From positions 57,536,001 through 57,600,000 of the forward strand of contig OX597817.1 in NCBI GenBank assembly GCA_951406725.2: a DNA stretch of 64,000 nucleotides. The letters run 5' to 3'. Below, in pieces: positions 13,764-27,200 of the stretch (the first letter of the stretch is position 1; every line of letters begins with the position of its first letter). A model generated the notes under the pieces. It had not been told where the DNA came from. It searched no databases and saw only the letters and a program-made list of their open reading frames with translations. The translations under genes were made by a program, and so were the position numbers. This DNA is from Octopus vulgaris. Its lineage: Eukaryota.

Positions 13764-14625
13764 CATTCAGTAGTTTTTTTTTATAGCGTACTTTCACTTC
13801 ACTACCAAGTGCAGTTCTGTGTGCCTTGGGTATGTGCTGTGATTTGTTGTGATGCTCTTATGGTTACTGTATTGAAAGTGTTTTGCGTAGTATGTGTGCA
13901 GTGCCTAGTAGTGCAATTTTCTGTATGTTATATATATTCGTAAGTCCTGGTGTTTTTGTTATGTATTTGTCTGAATATTTTTTTATAATACCTAATGCGC
14001 CTACTATGATAGGAATTGTTTCTGTTTTTAGATCCCACATTCGAGTTACCTCTATTTCCAGGTCTTTGTATTTTGAAAGTTTCTCCATTTCTTTTAGAGA
14101 CACGTTGTCATCTGCTGGTATTAATACATCAATTAGAAAGCATTTTTTTTCTTCATGATCTCTGACTATTATCATTAGTATTATTATTATTGTTATTATT
14201 ATTATTATTATCATTATTATTGCATTGGCTGAAGTCTTTGAGTGTTACATAAAATGCCTTTTGGTATTTGCTCTTTACATTCTGAGTTCAATTCCCACTG
14301 GGATCAACTTTGTTTTACATCTTTTCAGGTGTCAATAAAACAAAGTACCAGTCATGTACAGGGGTTGATTTTAATTGACTAGCCCCCACTCTCTTCCCCC
14401 TAAAATTGCTGGCTTTGTACCTGTGGTAAACTGGCAGATTTCCTACAATAGCAATATTTGTTTGGCCCCTTTACATTCTGAGTTCAAATTCCACCAGGTT
14501 CAACTTAGCCTTTCATCCTTTCAGGGTCGATGAAATAAGTACAAGCTGAGCACTGGGGTCGATGTAATCAACTTAGCCCCTTCCCTCAAACTTGCTGGCC
14601 TTGTGCTGATAACAGAAAGGATTAT

Positions 14626-14675
<50 letters not shown>

Positions 14676-16426
14676 AGACATTGGATTGACAAATTCATTC
14701 ACATATCAAACGAAATACCTTGCAGCATTTGTTTTGGCTTTTGATATTCTGAGTTCAAATCCCACCAAAGCCGACTGTGTCTTCTGAGATTGATAGACCA
14801 TCGTCATATCAACTGTCCCTGCTCCCCTAATTTATTCTTCTGAGGCTGATGATATAGAGTACTAGTCGAGTACTGGAATTGATACAACTGATGGTTCCCG
14901 ATGGTTCTCTTCCCTCGCAAAATTTCAGGCATTTTGCTTATGTTAGAGAAAAAAATATTCTACTAAGAACGATTATTATCATAGTTATTATTAGTTTATT
15001 ATTATTATTATTATTATGATCATTATTATTATTATTATTATCGTTACTGTTCTATAATACTAGAAATATTTTAAAAGCATAAAACACAAAAAAATGTCAC
15101 TAACCTCTGTTCAGTCATTTTCCTTGTTGAGTATTCAGAAAATTGAGAAACAAACACAGACCCAAACTATTATATGCTAAAATATTGTCCTGTCCTACAA
15201 TCACTGTGACACCAACTCAATTATTTACAAAATACTAGTTCACAACAAACTATTTCCTTCCTTCCTTCCTCTACACCTCTCTTTTGTGTGCATGACTAAA
15301 TACAGCTACGCGCCCGAGTGGAGTGCTTCGTTGGTGGAACCAGTAGAGCGTTGTATGAAGTAACCTGCTGTATTTGATTACGTCCCTTTCTATACTGATA
15401 TTAAATCTTGCCTCGCTTGGCTCGGTTTTTAACCTTTCTGAGACTGGTAAAAGAAATATTAAGGCGGTGAGCTGGCAGAATCGTTAGCACGCCTGGCGAA
15501 ATGTTTAGCGGTATTTTGTCAGCTGTTACGTACTGAGTTCAAATTCCGCTGAGGTTGACTTTGCCTTTCATCCTTTCGAGGTCGATAAATTAAGTACCAG
15601 TTACGCACTGGGGGTCGATGTAATCAACTTAGTCCCTTTGTCTGTCCTTGTTTGTCCCCTCTATGTTTAGCCCCTTGTGGGCAATAAAGAAATATGGGGT
15701 TGGGAGGTGAGGATATTGGTGGGGGATGGAAGCCTTTAAACATTAACCCTTTTGTTACTGTATTTATTTTGAGATGCTCTGTCAGATTTCTTTCAATTAC
15801 TTTAAATATAACAAAGAATTTAGTAAAATAATTTGGTTATCATTAAGCTAGTGTTAGCAACATAAATTGTGACTAAGGTTTGGCGGAAGATTTTAAAACA
15901 AAACTTAGGGAAACAAAGGCATTTGTACTCAGAGCCAGAGCCAGTTCCAGCCGGGTTGGTAATGAAAGGGTTCAAGATGAAAGAAATGCTCTAGCATGGT
16001 CACGGCCCATGCATACAAACACAAAGGAGTTAGTTGCACACACACACACACATATACATATATATATATATGAGGAGACCTATTGAGTCAAGTACGTCAA
16101 CACCAACATCAAAATAAATATCAAATGGAAACTGTAGTTAAGACACCCGTGCCTCCATGCTGGTGGCACATAAAAAAGCACCAACCGATCGTGGCCATTT
16201 GCTAGCCTTCTCTGGCCCCTGTGCCAGTGGCACGTAAAACGCACCCACTACACTCATGGAGTGGTTGGCGTTAGGAAGGGCATCCAGCTGTAGAAACACT
16301 GCCAGATCAGACTGGAGCCTGGTGCAGCCTCCTGGCTTCCCAGACCCCGATCAAACCGTCCAACCCTTGCCAGCATGGAAAACAGAAATTAAACGATGAT
16401 GATGCTGATACACACACACACCACAC

Positions 16427-16477
<51 letters not shown>

Positions 16478-18346
16478 TATATATATATATACATACATAC
16501 ACACACACACATATATATTTATACATATTCGAAAAAATGAATAGAAACAGCTTTTCTGATAATTTTCCTGCTTTAATAATTAGGTGTTCATAAATTATTA
16601 AGTAATAACTTAGAAACATCTAATTAATAAAGTGGAAAAATTATTGGAAAAGCAATTTCTATTCATTTTTTCAAATGTATAATATTGTACCAAGGACTAG
16701 CCTTCCAACTTGCCAGCCCTGGTTAAACTGTCGAACCCATGCCAGCATGGACAACAGATGTTAAATGATGATGATGATGATGGGAGTGCGTAGATGAGTG
16801 TTTGTGTTTGCGGCATTTTATACCGACATCATATACTAATTGTAAAAACATGCCACCATCAAACAGGGTCACTTACTGACACCTGCAAGAGACCCAGAGC
16901 AGATGATGCCCTTCCATTTTTTAGTTGCTCTTCTGAAAGGAGAAACTCCTTTATCCTGGTAGCTCCTGGACTCATGGTACTTGCTGCACCAGACCAATAC
17001 AAGTTTGAAGGATGAGAGAATGGAACTGGCTCTTCACAAACTATGACCACTACAATAATCCTTTCTATTAGAAGTACAAGGCCTGAAATTTTGAGGTAGG
17101 GGTTAAGTTGATTATATCAGCCCCAGTGCTCAACTGGCACTTAATTTACTGACCCTGAAAGGATGAAAGGCAAAGTCGACCTTGGCAGAATTTGAACTCA
17201 GAACGTAGCGGCAGACGAAATTCAGCAAAGCATTTCACCCAGTGTGCTAACGATTCTGCCAGCTTGCTGCCTTCATGACCACTATAATAAAAGAAACCCC
17301 TGCTGCCTTAGGGGGTCAATTTATTGAGCGTTTATAAAGGCTAAGGGAGTAAATCTCTGAAGAATATCTGGAGGGAGAGAGCATGTAGTAGGTATGTACA
17401 ATTATTTTTAACCATTATCTGGCATCCCTTACAACCCCTCAGATGCTGCAAATCTATTGACTTGTCTTTCCATCATGGTGTATCTATGAGTGGGGATATG
17501 GTCAAGTGTTCCCCAGGCTAGGCACTTGCTTCTGCAAACAGCCCAGGCACAGCAGAATTGGTTAAGTTACTGTCTTTGTAATATCATTGATCTAAAGACG
17601 AAAGAAGCCAATCAAGCTGTACAAGCAATGGGTTTGATTTGTAATCCTCCATGAAAAATATCTGGTTAGTGAGCTGATTGTATTTGAAGGATTAGAGGAT
17701 ATATTACTTTGCTTGGAAATAGATGAAGGCAGGTGACAGGAAAAGCATCCAGTTACAGGAAATTTACCTCAAGGAATTTTGGCTGACCCATGCCAGCAAG
17801 GAAAAGGAGATGTTGAAATGATAATAATGATGATGATGACGATTATGCCTACACACACACACACACATGTGATCGACCAAACAATCGGATGTTGTTATAT
17901 ATTGCTTCCCATTGTTTTAGCTTTCAAATGATGCCGCCTTGCTGCCTCAGTGAACAGGCTATCATTGGCCCTGGTCAGAAGGCTGGTCTGTTGCAGGGTA
18001 ACCCATTCACAGCTGAGTAGACTGGAGCAACGTAAAATGAAGTGTTTTGCTCAAGAACATACCATACTGGTCAGTCTGGAAACCAAACCCATGTAGTGAT
18101 TGTAAACGCAACACCCCTAACCACTGGAACATGCCCCTTCAACTTCAATGTGTGTGTGTGTGTGTTCCCCCATCACTGCTTGACAACCAGTGTTAGTGTG
18201 TTTATGTCCCCGTAACTTAGCGCTTTGGCAAAAGAGGCCAATAGAATAAGTACTAGGCTTAAGAAATAAGTGCTGGGGTCAAGGTGGTGCTCCAGCATGG
18301 CTGCAATCAAATGACTGAAACAAGTAAAAGAATAAAAGAAAAGGAG

Positions 18347-18379
<33 letters not shown>

Positions 18380-21300
18380 TATACATACACACACACATTG
18401 GGCCTTATGGAGGCAATGACCGAGACCTTTGGTATTATGTTGTACTTGAGAAGAAGACCCATCAAGCCAAGTAAAATCCCAGTCACAGCAGATACTGGTG
18501 CCATGCAAATTGGCACCCTTGCTGGTGGCACGTAAACACACCCTGGTCTCACACAAATGGCACCGAAGCTCTTGGAGTGGTTGGCATTAGGAAGGGCATC
18601 CAGCCATAGAAAACCATGCCGTGGCACACTAGTGTGCCATGAGATGATGCTAGGTGTGCCACAGTGTAACCTGAAATATAATTTTTTTTTCCTTATACTT
18701 TTAGTTTATTTTTAGTTATATTTTTTGAAAAGAATATAAGTGTACCAATAGTGAGAAATGTGGTATATACCATTTCAATCGCTGTTACAATCCATTCCTC
18801 ACTCTTTCTCTCTTACCATGAGACATCTTTATCGCTATCCCATCATACAGTACATCCTGTCTCCTTTCCAACCAACAACCAACAAGTAGGTATCACTGTC
18901 TGTCTTAAGTTACCTCATTCCCCAGCTACTCTTACCATCACCCATCCGTAGCTATCCATCTCTCCCTCTCCATCATTACAACTCCTACCACCACCAATTG
19001 CTACCACACAAAACCACTCCTATTATTTCTCTAGTCAGTCTCCTACACCACTCAGCACTGCCACTTTCCCACCACGCTCCCTCCACCACCCTTACAACAC
19101 ACTTATTCTTTCCTCCCATCATATTCTCACTCATACTATCACCCACTTACCCTACTCTCTTTCTCTCTCTCCTCCCACTTTACTGCATCTTGATCATACT
19201 GACATAAGCAAATGGAACCACTGTGGCACCGAGATGGTCCTTTAGTCACAGCAATGATGCCAACAACTTCTTTTGTGGCGTTACTGTGATTAAAATGTAC
19301 CCAGTTCATCATCATCATCATCATCATCATTTAACGTCTGCTTTCCATGCTAGCATGGGTTGGACGATTTCACTGAGGTCTGGCGAACCAAACTCCAATC
19401 TGATCTGGCAGTGTTTCTACAGCTGGATGCCCTTCCTAATGCCAACCACTCCATGAGTGTAGTGGGTGCTTTTACGTGCCACTGGGACGAGGGCCAGTTT
19501 GGTGGAACTGGCAACGGCCATGCCCAATTGGTGCTTTTTATGTGCCACCTGCACAGGAGCCAGTCCAGCGGCACTGGCGACGACCTTGCTTGTATATTTC
19601 CTCGCTCTATGAAACAGATCACACCAGAAAGGGCCTTCTGGCTGTAAAAATTGATACTAAAAATTGAAACACACAAGAAGCAAGACGTGATTCCACCAAA
19701 CCATTTTGTGGACAGTGACAGCAATTAAGAACTTAATCCGAACAGTTAAGAGGACTGATCCAACCCATGCCAGCATGGAAAACAAACATAAAATGATGAT
19801 CGTGATGATGGTGGTGGTGGTGATGGTGTTGGTGGTGGTGGTGATGGTGTTGGTGGTGGTGGTGGTGAATGTGTTGGTGACAGCAGTGGTGGTGGTGTTG
19901 GTGATGGTGGTGATGGTGGTAGTGGTGGTGGCAGTGGTGGTGATGGTGTTGGAGGTGGCAGTGGTGGTGGCAGTGATGGTGGTGATGATAGTGACAAGGC
20001 AAGGAAGATGATGGTAGTCATGTTGATGTTGTTGATGATGACAACGATGATGATGATGATGGTGCAACTGTGATGTTGACAGAGACAAAAGTTTATGCAA
20101 ATATGTCCCAGAATGGTACAAGAACTCACCTCGACTGTTGCATGGTCCAAATACTTCATGCCTTTCCTGCGAGCACCAGTGCTGGCATCACCTCTGTGGA
20201 AAAACACAACAAAAGAAACATGATTGGTTTCATATCAAATAGTAGACTCATCACCATCTGTTTCTTTATTACCCACAAGGGGCTAAACATAGAGGGGACA
20301 AACAAGGACAGACAAATGGATTAAGTCGATTACATCAACCCCAGTGCATAAGCTGGTACTTAATTTATCGACCCCAAAAGGATGAAAGGCAAAGTTGACC
20401 TCGGTGGAATTTGAACTCAGAACATAGCGACAGGCAAAATACTGCGAAGCACTTCACCCGGTGTGCTAACGTTTCTGCCAGCTCGCCACCTTCAAATAGT
20501 AGAATTATCACCATCATCATCATTTAACATCTGCACAATACTAAGATCACTGCTCTTGAACTCCCTCAATGCTTTGATGAGAGTCCAGCAAGATGCAGTG
20601 ATGTCTAGGGTTCATTTTTCAGTCTCCTGTTCCAAACTGTTCCTGAAGAGATCTGCTCCATCACCTGAGGAGAGTATAAATTCTAAACCTGCCCCAGCTC
20701 TGTGGAAAACATTATCCTATGGCTGCCTGTGTCCAGGGACAAAGTTGAAGACTTCCAATAGCATCTTCTACCTGTCACCCGTTGCCTCTTTTTCTATCAC
20801 TATTTTACTTATGTAGTGGCGTAGCTGGGGTAAACTGCACCCAGGGTAAGCCGCAAAAACACACACCCCCACCATTACAAAATCCACGATATTATATAAT
20901 ATTTATTTATTACAAGTAATTAATATTTTAAAGCAATATTTTTGGAATAGATACTTTACCAGGGTTCATTTACCTATCGTTTCGGTACAGCCTGTAATTC
21001 AAAATATATTTTTTACATGTTTGCTTTTATGAAACCTCATTATTTTAACCGTTTAATGCACCGGCTTCCCCGATTGAAACATTAAAAATACACCTGATGT
21101 GTGAAATGAAATGTAATAAAAAAAAACCCCAATTATTTAAAGTCTCATCTTTCTTGCTTTTGATGAGGTGCCCCCCTTAAATTGGCACCTGGGGCACTGC
21201 CCCACCCCCATCCCCAGTTACGCTACTCTACTTATGAAGGAGGTCTGATAGTGTTGGCTTTGGTGCTGGCGTCTTGTTTTCCTAAACAACCTGCACAATA

Positions 21301-22516
21301 ATAATAATAATAATAATAATTATATTGACTGGCCTCCGTGCCGGTGGCACGTAAAAAACACCGTCCGAGCGTGGCCGTTCGCCAGCCTCGTCTGGCACCT
21401 GTGCCGGTGGCATATAAAAGCACTCACTACACTCACGGAGTGGTTGGCGTTAGGAAGGGCATCCAGCTGTAGAAACACTGCCAGATCTGACTGGCCTGGT
21501 GCAGCCTTCGGGCTTCCCAGACCCCAGTTGAACCGTCCAACCCATGCTAGCATGGAAAGCGGACGTTAAACGATGATGATGATGATGATGTTGTTATTCA
21601 TCATCATTATCATCATCGTTTAACGTCCGTTTTCCGCGCTAGCACGGGTTGTGTTCTTATTGTTATTGTTGTTGTTGTATAGCAGCAGCAGCAGCAGTAG
21701 CAGCAGTAGTAGTGGTGGTGGTGGTAGTGGTGGTGGTGGTGGTGGTGGGCATGGTTAGTGCAGAGATAGTCCCACTCTCGTTCTTCGAACTTTTACTGGC
21801 CTGGTGGACTCTAGTGCGATGAGTCCAGTGGTTATCATGACGAAGGAGTTACCTTCTCTTAGATGAGCAGCAAGCAACATTGAAACGATGTCCTTTGGGA
21901 TGTTTGTACAGAACTAAGAACTAGCATCAATACGAGGACTTTGACGTTCCAGTGAGAACTTTAGTGAAACGTTTAAGGCTTCATCAGTCAGTTCGTAATT
22001 TCATTTTAGTTCAGACTTGCAGCCACTTCACACCATATTGTTATTATTATTGAAAAATGCAGGAAAGTCACAAAATTACAGTTCCACACTCGTATAAATA
22101 TATGATTTGTGAACATCAAAATCTTATCTTTTGTTGTTGAGTCTAGGGAGGATCATTGTACTAAAAATAAATACATAAACTAGTTCTATTTCACTTCTTT
22201 ATTATTTGTTAATTATTTGACTAATTAACTAATTGATTGTTTGGTTAATCAATCACTCAGTTATATTTGTCAAAGACCTTTTGTAGACATTTGTGACCTA
22301 CTCTCTTTACTCTTTTACTTGTTGCAGTCATTTGACGGCGACCACGCTGGAGCACTGCCTTTAGTCGAGCAAAACGACCCCAGGACTTATTCTTTAGAAG
22401 CCTAGCACTTATTCTATCGGTCTCTTTTGCTGAACCGCTAAGTTACGGGGACGTAAACTCACCACCATAGGTTGTCAAGCGATGTTGGGGGGAGGAACAC
22501 AGACACACAAACATAT

Positions 22517-22547
<31 letters not shown>

Positions 22548-24235
22548 CATATAAATGACAGGTTTCTTTCAGTTACTGTCTACCTAATCCACTCACAAAG
22601 CTTTGGTCGGCCTAAGGCTATAGTAGAAGACACTTGCCCAAGGTGCCGCGCAGAGGGACTGAACCTGGAACCATGTGGTTGGTAAGTAAGCTACTTACTA
22701 CACAGCCATTCCCGCATCTCTTCATTAAAATGCTAACTCTACTTCAGGTTGATGAAAGGACTTTGACAAACCTAACTGATTGATTGAGGAACTAAATGGT
22801 TATTCAAGCAATCAATTAGTTAACCAACTGACTGACAATAATGAAAGAAGTGAACAAGAACCTGTGCATGTGTTTATTATTAGTATAATGGCCCTCCCAA
22901 GATACAACAAAATTTGTTTCAACACACAATTTCACAACAAGAACTTTGCAAACCAAATACAAAAACTTACCTGTTACTGAAATAAGAAACAATGCCCTTT
23001 TCTAAGACCATCCAGAGGGATTTGAAACCAAAAAATCTGGTTTTCTGGGAAGAAAAAAAAGGAAAATTATTTAAGAGAAGGCCCTGGTAAAGATTCAAAA
23101 GTGCAGTTTAAACATAAAGTTTTTCAGTGAAGCAAATCATTTATAAAAAGAAAGACTACAGTTAGCTGTGACAGTAATTTGAACTCACACCCAAACAATT
23201 TGACTGACTGCTTAAATTTATATTCAGTCACTAACCCATCAAACCAACATTATCAGAAGCAACAACTGGATATAATCAAATCTTCCATTAAACTGTTGTC
23301 AGCTGTTTAATTTCTTCTGTATGGAATAACATATTTGTTGAATTAGGTTCAAATCTAGGTGGATGTATGCATGTATGTCTCTTTTATTTTTTTAATTATT
23401 ATAAATCTTCCACTAAAGAGGGAGCCAGTTTCCAGCAAAGAGACAAGGTTCCATCTTTAGGATGTAGTTAACACAGATAAATTCACATTTCAAACTTAAG
23501 AAAAGTCTTGCATATTTTTACTGTTCCACTCAGAGATTGGACTTGTATGAATCAGCCGGTCGATTTCTCTTCATGAAAATCCCAGTTTATCCAGATTCTC
23601 CTTTAAGTATTTACTAACAAAATCTAGCGCTCCAATTATTATTGGTATGAATATGAATTCATAGTCTGAATATAGAAGCTGGAGGTTTTGAAGCAATTGT
23701 CCATAAATATCTTCTTTTCCTTTGATTTTCAAAAAGGTATTTATATCTGCAGGGCGACTGACCTCTATGATGGCACATACCTTTGCCCCCTCTGTCCCAA
23801 ACAACAATATCCGGTCTGTTATGTTTACATTTGACAGAAGTTTTGCTGGGAATATTCCACCAATATTCCTTGAGTTGGTGTTTATAAAGGTATTCCATAA
23901 CAGAGGGATTTTCTAAGTTCATTTCAGGACAGTCTTTTTTGTGGATGGCATTGTAAACTGTTTTAGCAACAACATTGTGCCGCATAGGGAGGTAGTACTG
24001 TCTCGACATTTTAGGACAGCTGCTAATCACATGCGTAATGTCTTCCACAGAAACATGACATAGCCTACACATGTGGTTGCACATTGGGGGGTGGGGGGTC
24101 GACTTTGCCTTTCATCCTTTCAGGGTTGATAAAATAAGTACCAGTCATGTACTGCAGTTGATGTAATTGACTCATCCCCTTCCCCCAAACTGCTGACCTT
24201 GTGGAAAAATATGAAACCATTATTATCATTATGAC

Positions 24236-24268
<33 letters not shown>

Positions 24269-27200
24269 CTAATATGATATTGTTACCTTAAGAATAGGAC
24301 CTTCTTGTCGGACTGACTGTACTGGAATGTCCTGCACTGGTCGCACATTTAACAGGTGTTTCATGTTGGGGGAAGTGGTTAAATCAACAGCACGCTGACC
24401 TGGAAGGTAAAGACAGGTAACATGATAATGACACCAGGTAACATGGGATAATAATAACAGGTATCATGTAATAACAATAACAGGTAAAATGTGATGATAG
24501 TAATATCTAACATGTGATATCATCATCATCCTCATTTAATGTCTGCTTTCCATGCCAGCATGAGTTGGATTGTTTGATTGAGGACTGGCGAACCAGAAGG
24601 CTGCACCAGGCTCCAATCTGATCTGGCAAAGTTTCTACAGCTGAATGCCCTTCCTAATGCCAACCACTCCGAGAGTGTAGTGGGTGCTACACTCTTGGAG
24701 CAGTTGGCATTAGGAAGGGCATCGAAATATATAACATGTTGGAACTAGAATAAGTAACTTCAATTTAATTCTTACCAAATATTAACCCTTCAGCATCCAG
24801 ATTACTCTGTCAAATGCAACGTTTTTCCATTCATATTGTCTTTAATCACATTACTTACATTATCTTGTAGCCTTGAAATTTTGATGTGATTATTTATTTT
24901 TAGAATGACATTGTAGGGTAGGTGTGACAGGCCTAATCTGACTGATTTCAACATGACACAAGTAGAATATTTGGGCTGGATACAACCAGTTTAAATGTTA
25001 ATGGGTTGAATTGAACCCTTATCTCTTGTTAAGCTTTGTTGAGAGAGGGGTGTCTTGTTACAGAATAAATATTTGGATAACATTGTGTTATATCATCGAT
25101 ATTGCAATGCCATATGATAACAGAGTGGCAATGTGTATGGTATATCATGGACCTTATTATACCATATGACAGCAGAGTTATGCTATAACACAGATACTAT
25201 TGCACCATATCATAGCAGAAAAGGAGTATGTTACATTATAAATATTGCTATGCCCTAATTGAAGGTGCATGGCTTAGTGGTTAGGGCATCCAGCTCGCGA
25301 TCGTAGGGTCATGAGATCGATCCCTGGTGGTGCATTGTGTCCTTGAGCAAGACACTTTATTTCACGTTGCTCCAGTCCACTCAGCTGGCAAAAATGAGTT
25401 TTACCTGTAATTCAAAAGGTCAACCTTGTCATACTGAATCTTCCTGTACACGTGTCTGTGGAGTGCTCAGCCACTTGCCCGTTAATTTTACGAGCAGGCT
25501 GTTCCATCAATCGGATCAACTGCAACCCTCATTGTCATAACTGACAGGGTGTCAGTTTTATACCCGATATATTTTTATAATAAAACTGTCCTACATGAAA
25601 GATATTGTTGTACCATACAGTAGCAGGGTAGAAATATGTTATATAATGGATATTTTACAGGAGTGAGTAATTAATTAAATTCATTCAGGCCTTAACTGAT
25701 ATTTATTTCATTGACTTTAATAGAATATTCTAACTCAGGAAATAAAAGGAAGCACTAACTACCACAAGGTATTTGATGGTTCTAGTAATCCATCTTTGCA
25801 ACAGCATTGACAACGGAGCACATATTTATAAGAAACCGCAGCCAAATCTCCTTTAAATTACACCCTGCTGTTTTAGATAAGCAATGGATACACTGGATTG
25901 TACAGTCCTCCATAGATCTAACACAGGATGGTCATGGTTGGAAAACATTTGATCATAGACCTGCTGGATCATGACTGAACTGAGGGTAAATAACATCAGC
26001 CACTTACAACAACAACAATAAAGACAATTCAGTTCTATATTTAAGAGATTAGGAATTTTGTACATTATTTACATTAGACGGATACTTGTCCTCATCTTGT
26101 TTGTTATCACCACAACATTTCGGCTCATTTACTCTCTGGCCTTCATAAAAAAAAAAAAAAAAAAACAGGCAGCACATATGCCAGGACATAATAACCTCCT
26201 AAGCAGACCTGGTGCAGATATGTGTAGAATATGGGAACCAGTATTAAGAAAGGATAGGAAAATATTAGGCTTATAAACCCTAAAATTCACTCTATAATTG
26301 CCTACAGGTAATGGTTAACAGCACGGGCTACTAACCCCAAGATTGTGAGTTCAATTCCAGGCAGTGCCTTGAATAAATAACAATAATAATAATAGAGTAA
26401 AAATTTTGAGAAGCACATGGAACAAATAGGGGCTGCAATAAGGGTGGAGCACTTGCAGAAAACAGCACTGTTTGGAACCGCTTGAATACTCCAGACAGTG
26501 CTTGAAAAATAAGGGGTATTATTTTAGTTCACTGGTAGGGAACAGCTGACACTGTAGTACATCTCCAGAGTTAGAAGTTGTGCAAAGGCAATGATAATAA
26601 TAATAATAATAATAATAATAACAGAAAAAAGATGGTATAGGCACAAACCAGAAAAGGTCACAGAAAATGAGAAAGCAACCATACTCTGGGATATGCCGAT
26701 ACACACAGATAGAGAAATTAAGGCCAACAGACCAGATATAGTTGTCAGAGATCATGAAGAAAAAAATGCTTTCTAATTGATGTATCAATACCAGCAGATG
26801 ACAATGTGTCTCTAAAAGAAATGGAGAAACTTTCAAAATACAAAGACCTGGAAATAGAGGTAACCAGAATGTGGAATCTAAAAACAGAAACAATTCCTAT
26901 CATAGTAGGTGCATTAGGCATGATAAAAAAATATTTAGACAAATACATAACAAAAACACCAGGACTTACAAACACATATAACACACAGAAAATTGCACTA
27001 CTAGGCACTGCACACATCCTACGCAGAACACTTTCCATACAATAACCATCAGAGCATCACAACAAATCACAGCACATACCCAAGGCACACAGAGCTGCGC
27101 TCGGTAGTGAAGTGAAAGCACGCTATAAAAATAAAACTACTGAATGATAATAATAATAATAACATAAGCAAAAAAGACCTTAGGAATGAGAACCGATGGT

